A stretch of 64,000 nt of DNA from NCBI RefSeq assembly GCF_004010195.1, contig NC_057731.1:43480219-43544218 (forward strand), given 5' to 3'. Both the position numbers and the translations under genes were made by a program. This stretch comes from Chiloscyllium plagiosum. Taxonomy: Eukaryota. Shown one piece after another: positions 12,187 to 24,279 of the stretch (the stretch's first letter is position 1; the number at the start of each line of letters is the position of its first letter). The notes beneath the pieces are model-generated. The model was not told the origin of the DNA. It did no database searches and saw nothing but the letters and a program-made list of their open reading frames with translations.

Positions 12187-14093
12187 GTGAGATGGATATT
12201 TCTCAAAGTTCTGTCTGAGTCAGTGTCAGGTACCCTCCACAGTTTCGGCAGACCCAGTAATCCCGAGTCAGTCCTCAGCCAGATCTGCCTGTCTCCATGC
12301 CATCTTTGACTGTCCTAGCAAAAAGCAGCCATTTGGCTCCTCAAACCTGCTCCACCTTTTAACATGACCTAGGCTGATCTTCTGTCTCAACACCAGTTCC
12401 CCAAACCTTCTTAATCCTTCCTTTCTGGAGAGATCAAAGACCGGTTGATCTCAGCCTTATGAATTCCTACCTTGGAAGTAGGACCAGTCTGACTCCAAGT
12501 TGGGATACAGAAAACTCTAACCTCACACCTTTAATGCATTTTCTGAGCTGAGATGTCACCTATTTTAATACTGATAAAATCTTAAGTTTTCTCAGGGCTG
12601 TGACTTGAAAGAAATTCTGGGATTTACGTATTAATCAATCAAAACCCGCACCTCCATTCTAAGTGATTAAAGACTTAACAGCAATCTAGGGTGCATCACA
12701 TCAGTTGCATGACACCACCTCCTCCACATCAAGCCTTAAATATATTCAACAATGCGTAATCCACAACCCTCTGAGGCCTAGAATTCTGAAGATGCACAAC
12801 ACTCCATGTGAAGACATTATTCTCCCTCTCTCACTGCTTTTCCTGACACTGTGATTCCCCAGTGAGGGGGAAACAGCCTCTCACTGTAACACGTGAAGCC
12901 CTTTCAAATTATTGTATGTGTCAATGGGATCACCTCCTATTCTTATACTTTTCAGCGAATATGGGCTCATTGACAGGCCCCTGTTTAATGGAGCAATCTC
13001 TGGGGCAGTGATCCTTTGAACAGCATTGTGTGTTCTGAACTAATCCAGATGCAAAAAGGAACTTAGAAGGTTCATAAATGTTTAGTCCAGTTAGATGGTA
13101 AGTTACTGTTTAGTCCTTAAACAGAGAGTACCAGGATCCTGTTGTCCCCTGCAGTTTTGCAGCGGCAACTGTATTGAGAGGTTCTGATCGGACTGAAGGT
13201 TTTGACAATCCTGGAAGATGTCAGGGCCAGGGGTTAGAAGTTGAAAGGCACATGTAGGTCAGATATCAGGAAGAGGGCAGTTTGCACCAGGAGAGAGAGA
13301 ATGGACAAGTGGAGACTTTGAAAGAGGAGAACATTGCTGGGGTCTTCTGAATGCATCTGTTGTGGAACTGGGCCAGGAGGTGGTGAGTAAGTTAAGGTAC
13401 CTTTCTCTTAAAAAGCACAATCCTTTACTCATTGTACACACACCAACAATAATCCAAAATCCTCGCCTTGAATTTCTATAGCAGTTGTAACCTGGTTAAA
13501 CATTCCAGGATACTTCACATGAGCATGATGAACAAACATTTGACATCTGTGACAGATGGCCCAAACCTCCCCAGCAAGGTAGATTTCAAACAATCTGTTA
13601 AGGAAGGAGAGAAGTGGAGAGACTTAGGGAGGTCATTCCAGAATTTAGGCTCCCGAAAGCTGAAGGCACAATAGGCATTGAAGAAATAATTAAAATTGAG
13701 GGTGGGTAAGAGGCCAGATTTGGAGACACATTGTACAGACATTTTGGAGGGTTGTAGAACTGTAAGAGGTTAAACAGATTGGGAAGGACATAGCCAGGGT
13801 CAGACTTGCAAACAGCAATGAAGATTTTAAATATGCAGTCAGCTTTGTTAAAAACTTAAGGATCATAGTTTTGTGGCATTATAATGAAGCTGATGAAACA
13901 TTGCTGTTGTTATAAGCTCAAAATCACCAATTTTTCACTCGAAGGAGTGTGCACTAAGGTTTGTTCATATTGTTTTCCCAGCTGAAGGAGTCTTGTTTAA
14001 TCTGAACACATTTTATTTGCATGACATACTAATTCCAGTTTGGCAACTTTCTGATGATACTAAGATTTTAATCTAAACTCCATTCTGTTTCAG

Positions 14094-14316
14094 GTGTGAA
14101 ATCATCAATGTCAATCTGATGAATAAGCCTGACTGGTTCCTGCAGAAGAATCCCCTTGGTATGGTGCCAACCTTGGAGACTTGCAAGAATGAGCTGGTCT
14201 ATGATTCTCCAATCGTCTGCGAGTTCCTGGATGATATTTACCCTGCCAATCGGCTTCTGCCCACTGACCCCTACGAGAAGGCCAAGCAGAAAATGCTGCT
14301 GGAGCAGTTCAGTAAG
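14094..14316 (+). CDS. GSTO1: GST omega exon 3 ([15 protein letters not shown]...[17 protein letters not shown])
   Basis: [15 protein letters not shown] and [10 protein letters not shown] motifs; AG/GT boundaries; 223 nt. Confidence 0.97.
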
Positions 14317-16651
14317 GTGCACAGAGATAGATGTTTTTATCGGACTGAATGTGACTAGCTTAGCTTCTGGTCATGGGTGCAGCAGAGGGTGTGTAAAAAC
14401 ATCAACGGCCTTCCGCCAGCTCAAAGAATCATGCAGCTCAAATGCAGGCTATTTGACCCAATGTTCCTATGCAAGCCCTTCAAAAGAGCTATCTAATTAG
14501 GCTTACTCCCCCACTCAATCGCTGAACACATTAGTCTGTTGTAAACGAGTTAATAGGAATTTATTCCTGCGATTAACAGGAAGTTAATAATATTGCGTCA
14601 TGTGATTATCAGGAAGGCAGAAGGGGAACACAATGAACCTTGGTCTTTCTCCATCCAGCAATTCTTCCGGTTTCTTGGTGTTGGTTTCATTCCTTTTTGT
14701 TGCTTCAAAACTGGTCTGAACTCATTTGCAGGCCATTGGTTACAATATCCCCATCCTCAACCCACGGTTTACCACGGCCCAAACATATCATAGGGAATGT
14801 TCCAGAACCAGGGACCGGGAGGCTGCTGGGAAGGTACATTTCCCATTGAAATGAATGGGTTCGCTCCTATCCGCAGTTTTGGGTTTCCACCGTAGGTCTT
14901 GGAAAGTATCCCCCCTCGGCCACGGGGAGGTGGGAGGAGGGGACTACTGCATTCTAGGCTACGGGGAGACTGCTGTATCCTCAGCCAGGAGAAACAGCCT
15001 CTCAGTATATCTGCTGTCGAGCACGTTCAGAATCTCTGACGTTGCAATTGCCTCTCATTCTCCTAAACTCCAGGAAATATTGACCTTTTTTACTTAATCT
15101 CTCAACAAAGGGCAACTCCCTCATCCCAGGCACCAAGTTAGTGAATCTTCACTGTATCACCTCCAGTGCAAATATATCTTCCTTAATTACAGAGACAAAA
15201 CTTGCATACTATATTTCTGATTTGTTCTCATTTGTTCTCATAAAAATCTTGTAAAGTTGTATTCTTTATCCCTGTACTTCACTCTCCTTGCTGTCAAGGT
15301 CAACTTACCATTGCCTTCCTGTCTGCTTGTTGCACCTGTATTCTAATGTTCTCTGTTTCTTGCATGAGCACATCCAAGTCTTTGAGCATCAACATTTACA
15401 AGTTACACAGGAAGATAGAACTATTACAGTGCAGAGGAAACCATTCAGCCCATCATGTCTGTGTCAGCTCTTAAATTAGCATCTTCATTAGTGCTATTCC
15501 CCTACCCTCTCCACAACCCTCCACATTGGTCCCTTTCATATATCAGTCCAACTCCCTTTTGAATTCCTCTACTGAACCTGCCTCCCCCACACTCTCAAGC
15601 AATGCATTCCAAACCCTAACCACCCACTGCATTGTTATAATCCCAGCAGATGGTCAGACTGCTCAACTCAAATCTCAGAATGCAACTAGACTCGATAGAT
15701 CACAAGTTTTATTTTTACAGTTGGTTACTATAACATTAGTCACTGAACATATTCACGAGATTGCCGGTGCTCTCTTAATACAAGAGTACAAAAGGAAAAT
15801 AAAACTGATAACCCCATTTTTGTATATATGTAAGTCAATATGAAAAGAGTCACAACTTGGACAAAAAAAGTTAGCCTTTTTCCCAGCCAAATCCTTTTCC
15901 AGATAAATCCCAGTTAACTTAATCCCAGATAAATATAATTTCTATCTTAACTCTTTAACGTCTTACATAACCAACTCTTCCAGTGTTCCTTATTTACTGC
16001 TGAAACAATTTTAAGACCTCTTTTCTATTCTGATGACCTACATCTCATTGCAGTTCTGACACAATGAACACTTCTATAACTTGGAGAATTCAGAAAATTA
16101 AACCATTCTGTCAGGATGAAACCTCAACTTGATTCTTCGGAACTGAATTCAAACTAAACTAACAGTGTCCCCTGATCATTTAATTTCCTGCATCTCATCA
16201 ATTCAACAGTGTAATCACTTCATCAATTAACTCCACCAACATCTGGCTAGTCGCATGCTTTCATAGAAATGACTTTAGGTCACTTTTCCAAATGACTTTC
16301 GGATTTCTTTTAAACAAGAAAACCCTCATAGAGCTGAAACCAAAATCAATTTTCCCTCAATATTTTAAAATTCCAAATTCTCAAATGATTATATTCTACA
16401 CAGCTTTATCACTGCATGAAAAAAAATCATTTTTTATTATTTATTTTTAAAGTATATTTCATTTTTAAATTATTTCTAATTACTCTGTAATTTCCAAATC
16501 TTGCATCCCTCAATATCCTTGGTTACACCTTAGCTTTAGCTGTACCTTGTTAAATGTAAGTACATATGGCCTATTGAATACCTAGTCATTACCACATTTA
16601 TACCCTGCTAGCAATTGAATCTCCTCCTCTTTCACTATAACCTAGTTCCCA

Positions 16652-16946
16652 CGTTCAAGCCTGGATGTCGCTGTAGAAAGAGCACGCGGTGTCCACCAGC
16701 ACCCTTGAGCTGTTCAGGGAGAGTTGGGCCCTGCAGAGAGTGGAGTGCTTTATTGCCCCCTTTAACTCTATTTTGATTTAACCCCTGCCCTCCCCTTCAC
16801 GTTTTTTGATCACACAGCATTGCCCTTTGATGAGAAGGGCTTTGCTTGTCACTGGCTACTCGGGTGTTTCCTCTCTTCCTGGTGGTGGAAAAATATAAAG
16901 ATTTACGCACTTGTTGTTCTTCACTGTTTGGCTGTTAGGCAGTAAG
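16652..16946 (+). mobile_element. 5'-truncated L1-clade (Tx1-like) LINE 3' end in GSTO intron 3
   Basis: 15-bp TSD ATAACCTAGTTCCCA (16637-16651, 16947-16961); ORF end LFRESWALQRVECFIAPFNSILI*; homologous to 48131-48418. Confidence 0.75.
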
Positions 16947-17620
16947 ATAACCTAGTTCCCAGCAGAGAATTTGCTATTAGCTTACTCATTAAGCCTGCAT
17001 CATTACACAATAACACATCTCTACTCAGTGTTCCTTTCCTATTTGTCAGCTGTATGCCTCAATGTTCCTCTGATCTCCCTGCCCCATTCTCCCTGAAGGT
17101 AAAGAAGGAAAGAAGAGTTTGAATTTATCCAAACCCTTTTATGACCTCAAGTGGTAACCATTCAGTTATGAAGAAAGATCACTGGGCCCAAAACGTTAAC
17201 TCTGCTTTCTTTCCACAAATGTTTCCATATCTGCTGAGTTTCTCCAGCATTGTTGATTAAGGAGTACAAATTGTCAGGAAATTGGGGGAACAAAATGCAC
17301 CCTTCAACATAATGCCACAGGTTCTTCTAGCATTCTTTAGAATTGCACCAGGCTTTCAGCCGAGACTTTGAGCTCAAATCTCTGGAAGAGACTCAAACAG
17401 ATGAGCTTCTGTCTCAAAGATGAGCATGCAACCCATTGAGTCCCAGCTGACATGTCACACTTGTAGATGATGAGCATAAAATCTGCTTATGCTGTCAACA
17501 CACAGCCACATGCAATTTGTGAAACTTTGTATTTTGACAGTGCTAGCGAACAACAGCGTATTACTGTCTGAACTATAATGCTAAGTGGTTTCTCTACATC
17601 TCCGTCTTTTCTGTGACCAG

Positions 17621-17722
17621 GTGATGGGTTACATGTACAGGATTCCAGTGGAAAAGAGAAAATCCATGGACACTTCCAAATTGGAGGAAGAACTTCAAGT
17701 TCAACTCAGCAACTTTGAACAG
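17621..17722 (+). CDS. GSTO1: GST omega exon 4 (VMGYMYRIPVEKRKSMDTSKLEEELQVQLSNFEQ)
   Basis: CAG acceptor, GTAAAG donor, 102 nt, phase 0-0, open frame; fits the variable helical region. Confidence 0.88.
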
Positions 17723-17954
17723 GTAAAGAGGGAGTTGGTGAAACCAGGAAGCAGAAGCTGAGATTTTCTGGATTATGATAGTGTTGGAACGTGGCACAGA
17801 ACTCTGGATTTTCAAGTATTAACCTGGAATCGCTAACGTTCCCATGACCACAGTGAACAAAACACAGGTTCCCTGCTTGATTGTTCTTCTAACAAACAGC
17901 TGAGCCTGAAAATAATGCTGAACACCTCACTGTTAGAAATAGAGATAACAAAAC

Positions 17955-18130
17955 AGACTTGCATTTGTATACTCCCTTTTATAACCTCAGGACATCCCGT
18001 AGTCAATGAAGTCCTATTGAAGCAGGATACAAAGCAGTGTCGAATATGTGCATGGCAAGATCCCACTGACAGCACTGTGGTAAAGACCGAATAATCTTTT
18101 TCTGATGCTAATTGACTGTTAAATATTGGC
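17955..18130 (-). mobile_element. DeuSINE-like (SacSINE1/AmnSINE1-type) remnant
   Basis: Resembles the Deu domain (GCAAGATCCCAC...AATCTTTTTCTGATG...AAATATTGGC); family assignment from recall. Confidence 0.6.
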
Positions 18131-18581
18131 ATGAGGGGTGATGCCGTGGTAATGTTACTGAACTAATCATATTGAACTGCAGACTAATGGTCTGAAGATA
18201 TGGGTTCAAATCACCACCATAACAGGTGGTAAAGTTTGAATTCAATAAAATCTAGAATTAAAATGCCAGTCTAATGGCCACCGTGTAGTGACTGTTGATT
18301 GTTTTAAAGACCCATCTGGTTCATTAATGTGCTTTAGGGAAATAAATCTGCATCCTTACCTATATGTGATTCCAGACCTACACCAATATGGTCGACTCAG
18401 TCCACTCAGTTCAAGGAAAATTAGAGGTGACTAATAAATGCTGGCCCATATCTTCTGGACAAATTTTTAAAAAGTAGTGATTAAAAATTCACTGGTCACA
18501 TCCCCATTTTAATTTTCCGTACCTGAGTAGTTCTGGAGTTACACTTTCACCTGCACTATCCTGACTTCTGTTTTTTTGCAG

Positions 18582-18688
18582 AAATTGGCTGATTTGAAGA
18601 CTTGCTTCTTTGGTGGTGACTCCGTGACAATGATTGACTACTGGCTGTGGCCCTGGTTTGAGCGCATGGATGCCCTTGGATTCAATAA
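18582..18688 (+). CDS. GSTO1: GST omega exon 5 (KLADLKTCFFGGDSVTMIDYWLWPWFERMDALGFN)
   Basis: FFGG..MIDY..WPWFER omega motif; 107 nt; GTGAGT donor. Confidence 0.97.
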
Positions 18689-19917
18689 GTGAGTCTGGGG
18701 GAGTAGAAAAAGTGTGTGTGGTTGACAGCGCAGGTCAGATACTGAACTTTCACTGCTGCAATGTGGGTCACATTCAAACCAAACTGACGGCATTAACTTT
18801 CCCCTTCTCAGGGATCCTCTGAGCAACATGAAGTTTAAGCACAAAGATCACTCTTTAGTTCATTGGCAGCAGGTCATTAAAAACATCAAAAGAAATTAAG
18901 GTTAAACTAGAAAAACAAGAGTTGGTTGAGGTCATCTTTTAACTAATTCTTCCTCCCCCCATGAGTCCTCCTTCTGGCAGAGATATCTTTTCCTCCAACA
19001 AGTATCTCTTCTTGGTGGTTCAAACTGCCATGCTTTGTGACCTCCCTCAGCATCGCCACCTGCTGTAGAAGCTTGCATTACAATGAAATGTCTTTGGAAA
19101 GTCATAGTCGAGTTTTAAGTGGTACTCGGCTGTCCTAATTGTTGATAGTAAATTGACAGTCTTCCTTTCAGATATCAATGGTTGCTGCTGTCACAGAGCA
19201 TTGTTCAGAGGCAATATAGAGGGAGCTTCACTCTGTATCTAACCCCATGCTGTATTTGATGTGAGAGGGATAAAGGATGAGAGTGGAAGTCCACAACAGG
19301 AGGAAGCCTACAAGCAGGAAGAGGATGAAGGAAGCCTCTCCCTTAAAGATTGAGCCAAGAATGACTTTCAGGTTTTGCTGACAGCATTTTCAGTGGTACG
19401 AGAGGTTCGGAACCTGTCAGTCCTGCCCCACCTATTCCCTGATCTTTCAGGTCGGCAGCTACAGACATCAGTGTTCTAATTTCAAACGTATTCCTCAATG
19501 AGGCAAGAACAGTAAAAACAACTATAACCAAAATATTAGACCCATAGAGTTCCTATAGCAGGGTCCGGCGAGTGAGGAATGACTGTGCATTTATTACAGT
19601 ACAAATTTACAGGCTTTTGTCAAACTCATTTGCTTCATCTGCAAAGCCAAATGGATGATCTGAGTGAGTCTAACAGAGAGTCAATAATGTCACCACTTAC
19701 ACAGTCAATGCTTTATATGACCTTTGATTATAAAGGTGCTTTAAGAACAGGAATTCCTGTTCTTAAAGCACCTTTATGTTTTGGAAATAGGACACAATGA
19801 CTGATTGTCACACCCAGTTCAGAGTCCTACCACTTCATTAACATGTTCCAATTCCTAACATTTTTGCTTAATCTATGGCAAATAATTCATTTAATTTATA
19901 GATAGTGAGCAGGAACC

Positions 19918-20153
19918 TGTGGTGATTAGAATGAGGTCAGCCAGGTGGTCCTCATGGAATAGGAGTTCCCTGAATGGGGCTGTCAACCTGATCCAATCAA
20001 GGAGTCCTGGATGACAGACATAAATAGGAGTGTCAGGGGCTTTGCTCACTCTAGGAGCTGGCTCTGTGCTAGCTGGGTTAGTGTCACATCCTATGCCCGT
20101 GTAAATAAAAGGTGACTTGGTGACGGGATATTGGCCTTCGTGGAGTTATTTCA
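19918..20153 (+). mobile_element. Solo LTR in GSTO intron 5
   Basis: TG...CA termini, 5-bp TSD GAACC (19913-19917, 20154-20158), internal CATAAATA and AATAAA. Confidence 0.85.
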
Positions 20154-21077
20154 GAACCAATACCTTCTAGTAACAGTGATCAATTAATATTGACTGCTGT
20201 AACTGGGTCACATACCTCCATCAGCCAAATGGGAATGGTTACAGGGGCTCTCAGGAGATCAGCTGCTGCATTTCTTTTGATGTGGGACAAGCAATTTTAA
20301 AAAGGCAAAGTCAAGTGCCACACATGAGGGCGTCTGTTAATATTGATGTGGGATGATCCCTGCTGACACCTAGTCTGCAGGACTGAGTTCTGCTTTGAAG
20401 TTTCTGAAACCATGTCAGTGAGACGGTGAATTTCTGCCCACAGCGGGTATTGCCAATTTTGTCCATCACCAGCTGGCTTCACCCTTTGCTTGCTGAGTGC
20501 TGACATCTTTGGAATGTTTGCCCCCAAAAGAGCTTCTTCACCAATGACTATGCTCTTTCTTGTAAAGTCAAGGCTGTGTTGCTGCAGCTAGTGAGGAATT
20601 AGTAACAGCTGCTATTGGGGTTGGAGTTGCCGGGTCAAAGGATTTAATTCGAGAGGTCTAAGATGATCAACCAAAAATACGAGATTATGGCCAGAGAGCA
20701 GAAAAAAACATCTTCAGACAGAGACAGTTAGGGAGACACACTCACAGGGTTAGAGGCAGAAACCATGCAACATCGAAGATTAGATCAATCAAAATAAATG
20801 GACATAAATAGTTATGGCAACGAGGAGATGTGAACTGAACTATTTATTCATGTGGAAAGTAAATGCTATCATGGACAGGATGGGTTGACTGGCCTCTCAC
20901 TGTTATATGTTTTATGTTCCGCTGCAGTCTCTGATTAGTCAGAGTTCTGAGTGTAGGTCTTGTTCCTGGCAAGGGAACACTGGGGGAGGGGAGTATATAA
21001 CAAAGTGAGAGTGGCTCTATTCAGCTGCGGGTTAACGGTTCTTATTTCTCACTGAATTTCTATTCCTGTTTCTGCAG

Positions 21078-21231
21078 GGTCCTGGAACAGATGCAGATGC
21101 TCAAGCGCTGGATGCAACTCATGCGGCAAGACGCTGTCACCAAGGCCTCTGGCTTTAGCACTGACATTTACAGAGAATTCTACGAGATGTACTTTCAGCA
21201 TAACCCTGAGGCCTGTGACTACCATCTCTGA
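21078..21231 (+). CDS. GSTO1: GST omega exon 6 (VLEQMQMLKRWMQLM...HNPEACDYHL*)
   Basis: C-terminal PEACDYxL omega motif; 154 nt; the six exons total 720 nt = 239 aa + stop. Confidence 0.97.
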
Positions 21232-22208
21232 GAACAGTCGCCCCCCCCAATTAGATTGAGCAGAGTATACAAACATCTGCTCTCTGCTTCAGACAGCACA
21301 TGGCAGGACATCAAGGGTCTGACAATAAACTGACCCAGGAGTCACACAAAATGTTCTCCCAGCTTCTGAATCAGTTCAACTTTGCATTATTCCTGGAGAT
21401 AGGAAAAATTAAACTTGCAAAAGCCAGGAATAGGACTGAGAATACAGGGCCAGTAGGAGTTCGATTTCACCCAGTCTCTGACCTTTGCTCCCAATGTTGA
21501 CAGGCCGCTCACACACAGAGAGTGTGCCCTAGCTTTATTTTTAGATTGTCCTCTGGAGAAATGAGTCCACACAACCAGAACTAGCTGCTGAATTTGCAAA
21601 CACTGGTTTATTTTGGCTGCCTGCCTTTTACCGAGTAGCATCGGATTGGTTGATAGGCCAGAGATATTCAGCAAATTCCACCCCTTGGGATTTTTTTAAA
21701 AGAACACTTTCCTGTTTTTCTTTCGGTGTGACAAATATTCTTCTGCCTGTTTCATTGTGCTGGGCAGTCTGGGCCTGGCTAGAAATTTGTCTTTATGGTC
21801 CTCTCCCTTCCTTAAATGATCATGAATCCTCAAAACCTTGCTCTGGCATCAAGACACAAATATTCAGGGCTCCTTTTGCAACTTAGAGCTGTGCTCCTGT
21901 CTCCAAAGCACTCACAACTTTGCTAAAATGTGAAGCTCCTAGCAGTACTGGATATATCAATCTAGTTGTACACATTCTCGCTGAGATATCTGTTTCTATT
22001 TTGGACAGTCCAACTTCCTGTTTCACTCTGGTTGATTTCAACCCTACCCTCAGACCGTTTGCGTTGTCACCTTTCCCTATTTGAACACACATTCCCAATG
22101 ACCCGCTCCCATTCGTATTGCCCATTCTGTGGAAGAATTGTGTGACTCTAATGAAGCTCATACCCCGATGTCACTGCTGCTCAACGTCTTGATGAAAATT
22201 GCAGACAG

Positions 22209-22214
22209 AATAAA
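22209..22214 (+). terminator. Probable GSTO polyadenylation signal (proximal alternative at 21324-21329)
   Basis: AATAAA followed by GT-rich sequence. Confidence 0.5.
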
Positions 22215-22899
22215 AGATGTTGTAAAGAGATTTCTGTGGGATTGTTTTCTTGGTGGGCGCGAGATTCTCTGATGAGGTTATGGATCGGGGACTGTAAGAC
22301 CAGCCAGAGGAGGGATTATCACCCAGTTATCTTCAATCCTTTAGCACCACTGAGATCTGTGTGCTTCCGGTTAGGGTGGGCTGGTTTACTCCACATGGGC
22401 CAAGCACAAGGGGTTGGAGGGGATGAATTTACTGGGTCATTCAGATTCACGTAAGTGCCGAGCTGTAACAGGCGCAGAGCTGGGTGCTGGATGATCATGT
22501 ACATGGGGTTCCACTAGAGGGCAGACTGGGGCTCCTTACCCAAAGTGGCTGAGAGTTCTCTTGAGGTAAGGCTAAAACCCAGTGAGAGGTGGAGAGTCCT
22601 GGTTCCCCACAGTCCCTTCTTCTACCACCACCAGATCCCCCTCGCTCAAGCTCGGACAAAGAAGGGAAGCCTGTGGCCTGATAGGCCTCACCACTGGAAA
22701 CAGTCTCTGAGGTGAGATATAGTCAGGCCTGGAACGTGCATCCTCAGGAGGGACTGATCATTGTCAGCGATTCCTGAAAAGTGGCAACTGTAAGTTTAAA
22801 CACCATTATATGTCAAGAGGTAATAGTCTGTAACTGAACTAAGGACACCCTGGGCCGGTCAGCCTACTGGTACCAACAAGCCAGTCGATGACTCGATTG

Positions 22900-23390
22900 T
22901 TACTGACCCTCCAACAATGCAGCTCTCCCTCAGTACTCACCCTATGATAATGCAACTCTCCCTCAGTACTGACTGTCTGACAGCAGCACTCGTTCATTGT
23001 TGACCCTCCAACAGTGTGGCACTCCCTCAATACTGACCTACTGACAGTGCAGCTTTCCTTCAGTACTGACCCTCTGACAGTGCATCACTCCCTCAGTAGT
23101 GACCCTCCGACAGTGCAGCACTCCCTCAGTACTGACCCTCCGACAGTGTAATGCTCCCTCAGTTCTGACTCTCTGACGGTGCAACAATCCCTCAATGCTG
23201 ATCCTCTGACACTGCGGCACTCCCTCAGTGCTCACTGTCCAACAGTCCGGTACTCTCTCGGTATTGACCTTCCTACAATTCAGCACTCCCTCAATGCCAA
23301 CCCTCCAACAGTGTAGCGCTGCCTCAGTGCTGACCCGCCAACAGTGTAGCACTCCCTCAGTACTCATCCTCTGACAGTACAGCAGCAATT
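22900..23390. repeat. 33-bp minisatellite CCCTCYGACAGTGCAGCACTCCCTCAGTACTGA
   Basis: About 14-15 diverged copies; produces 11-aa periodic ORFs. Confidence 0.95.
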
Positions 23391-23439
23391 TCATGATTTA
23401 AGTTAATGACTGAATGTCTGATTGGCTGTCAATGAGGAC

Positions 23440-23647
23440 CAGGAAAAAGTGAGGACTGCAGTTGCTGGAGGTCAGAGTTGAGAGTGTGGTGCTGGAAAAG
23501 CACAGGTCAGGCAGCATCTGAGGAGCAGGAGAATCGACATTTTGGGTAATATTCCTGATGAAGGGCTTATGCCTGAAACGTTGATTCTCCTGCTCCTCAG
23601 ATGCTGCCTGACCTGCTGTGCTTTCCCAGCACCACACTCTTGACAAC
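23440..23647. mobile_element. Palindromic Penelope-derived short element with hammerhead motif at 23555-23582
   Basis: Inverted arms; TGAGGAC direct repeat at 23433-23439 and 23648-23654; CTGATGA-A-GGGC-TTAT-GCCT-GAAACGTT. Confidence 0.8.
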
Positions 23648-23764
23648 TGAGGACATCGATAGGATGATGGGATCCGTACTTGTAAGGCTGCACCAACTTT
23701 GATTCAGTCTGCCTTTGTTTTAATGTAGAACTAGTTTTCAAATTGAAGCTGCTCAGCAGTTATA

Positions 23765-23770
23765 TTTATT
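23765..23770 (-). terminator. Probable ITPRIP polyadenylation signal
   Basis: TTTATT on + (AATAAA on -), ~510 nt past the stop codon. Confidence 0.5.
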
Positions 23771-24279
23771 CTTATCTAGTAAGCAACATACATTTAAAAC
23801 AAAATAGACTCTACTTTAACAAATCCAACCGTTGCAGCAGGTAACTGGCTCTGAGCTGCCAGTGTTGGTGAGCTAGCCAGCTGTGCCAGTTCAGTGTGCA
23901 GGAGTTTAGGCTCGTGTAGCATGGGGATGGATTGTCCCTATCTACAGCTCAGAAGGTCAGGGTTCACAAACGCCCCTTGTCCTGGAGGTGTATTACAATA
24001 GGTCTGAACAAGCTGATTAAACAAAATTATAGGAGCCAGTCTCCCAGTCTCTACACTCAAGAGACCTTCCCTCTCAGTAGAGGTATGTCTGTCTGTCTCT
24101 CTCTTGCTCATTGTTTCTCAGGAGCAGTCTGCATTCTATCCCCAGTCTCCCTGAGGTGAAGGTCCACCATGGATGATCAGTCACTCCTGTGTTTGCCTTC
24201 CCTGCTTGATTTGGCCCAAAACTGCCCCTTCTGTTGCATGGGAGAGTGATCTACACACATCCCTCAATGATCTCTCAGG

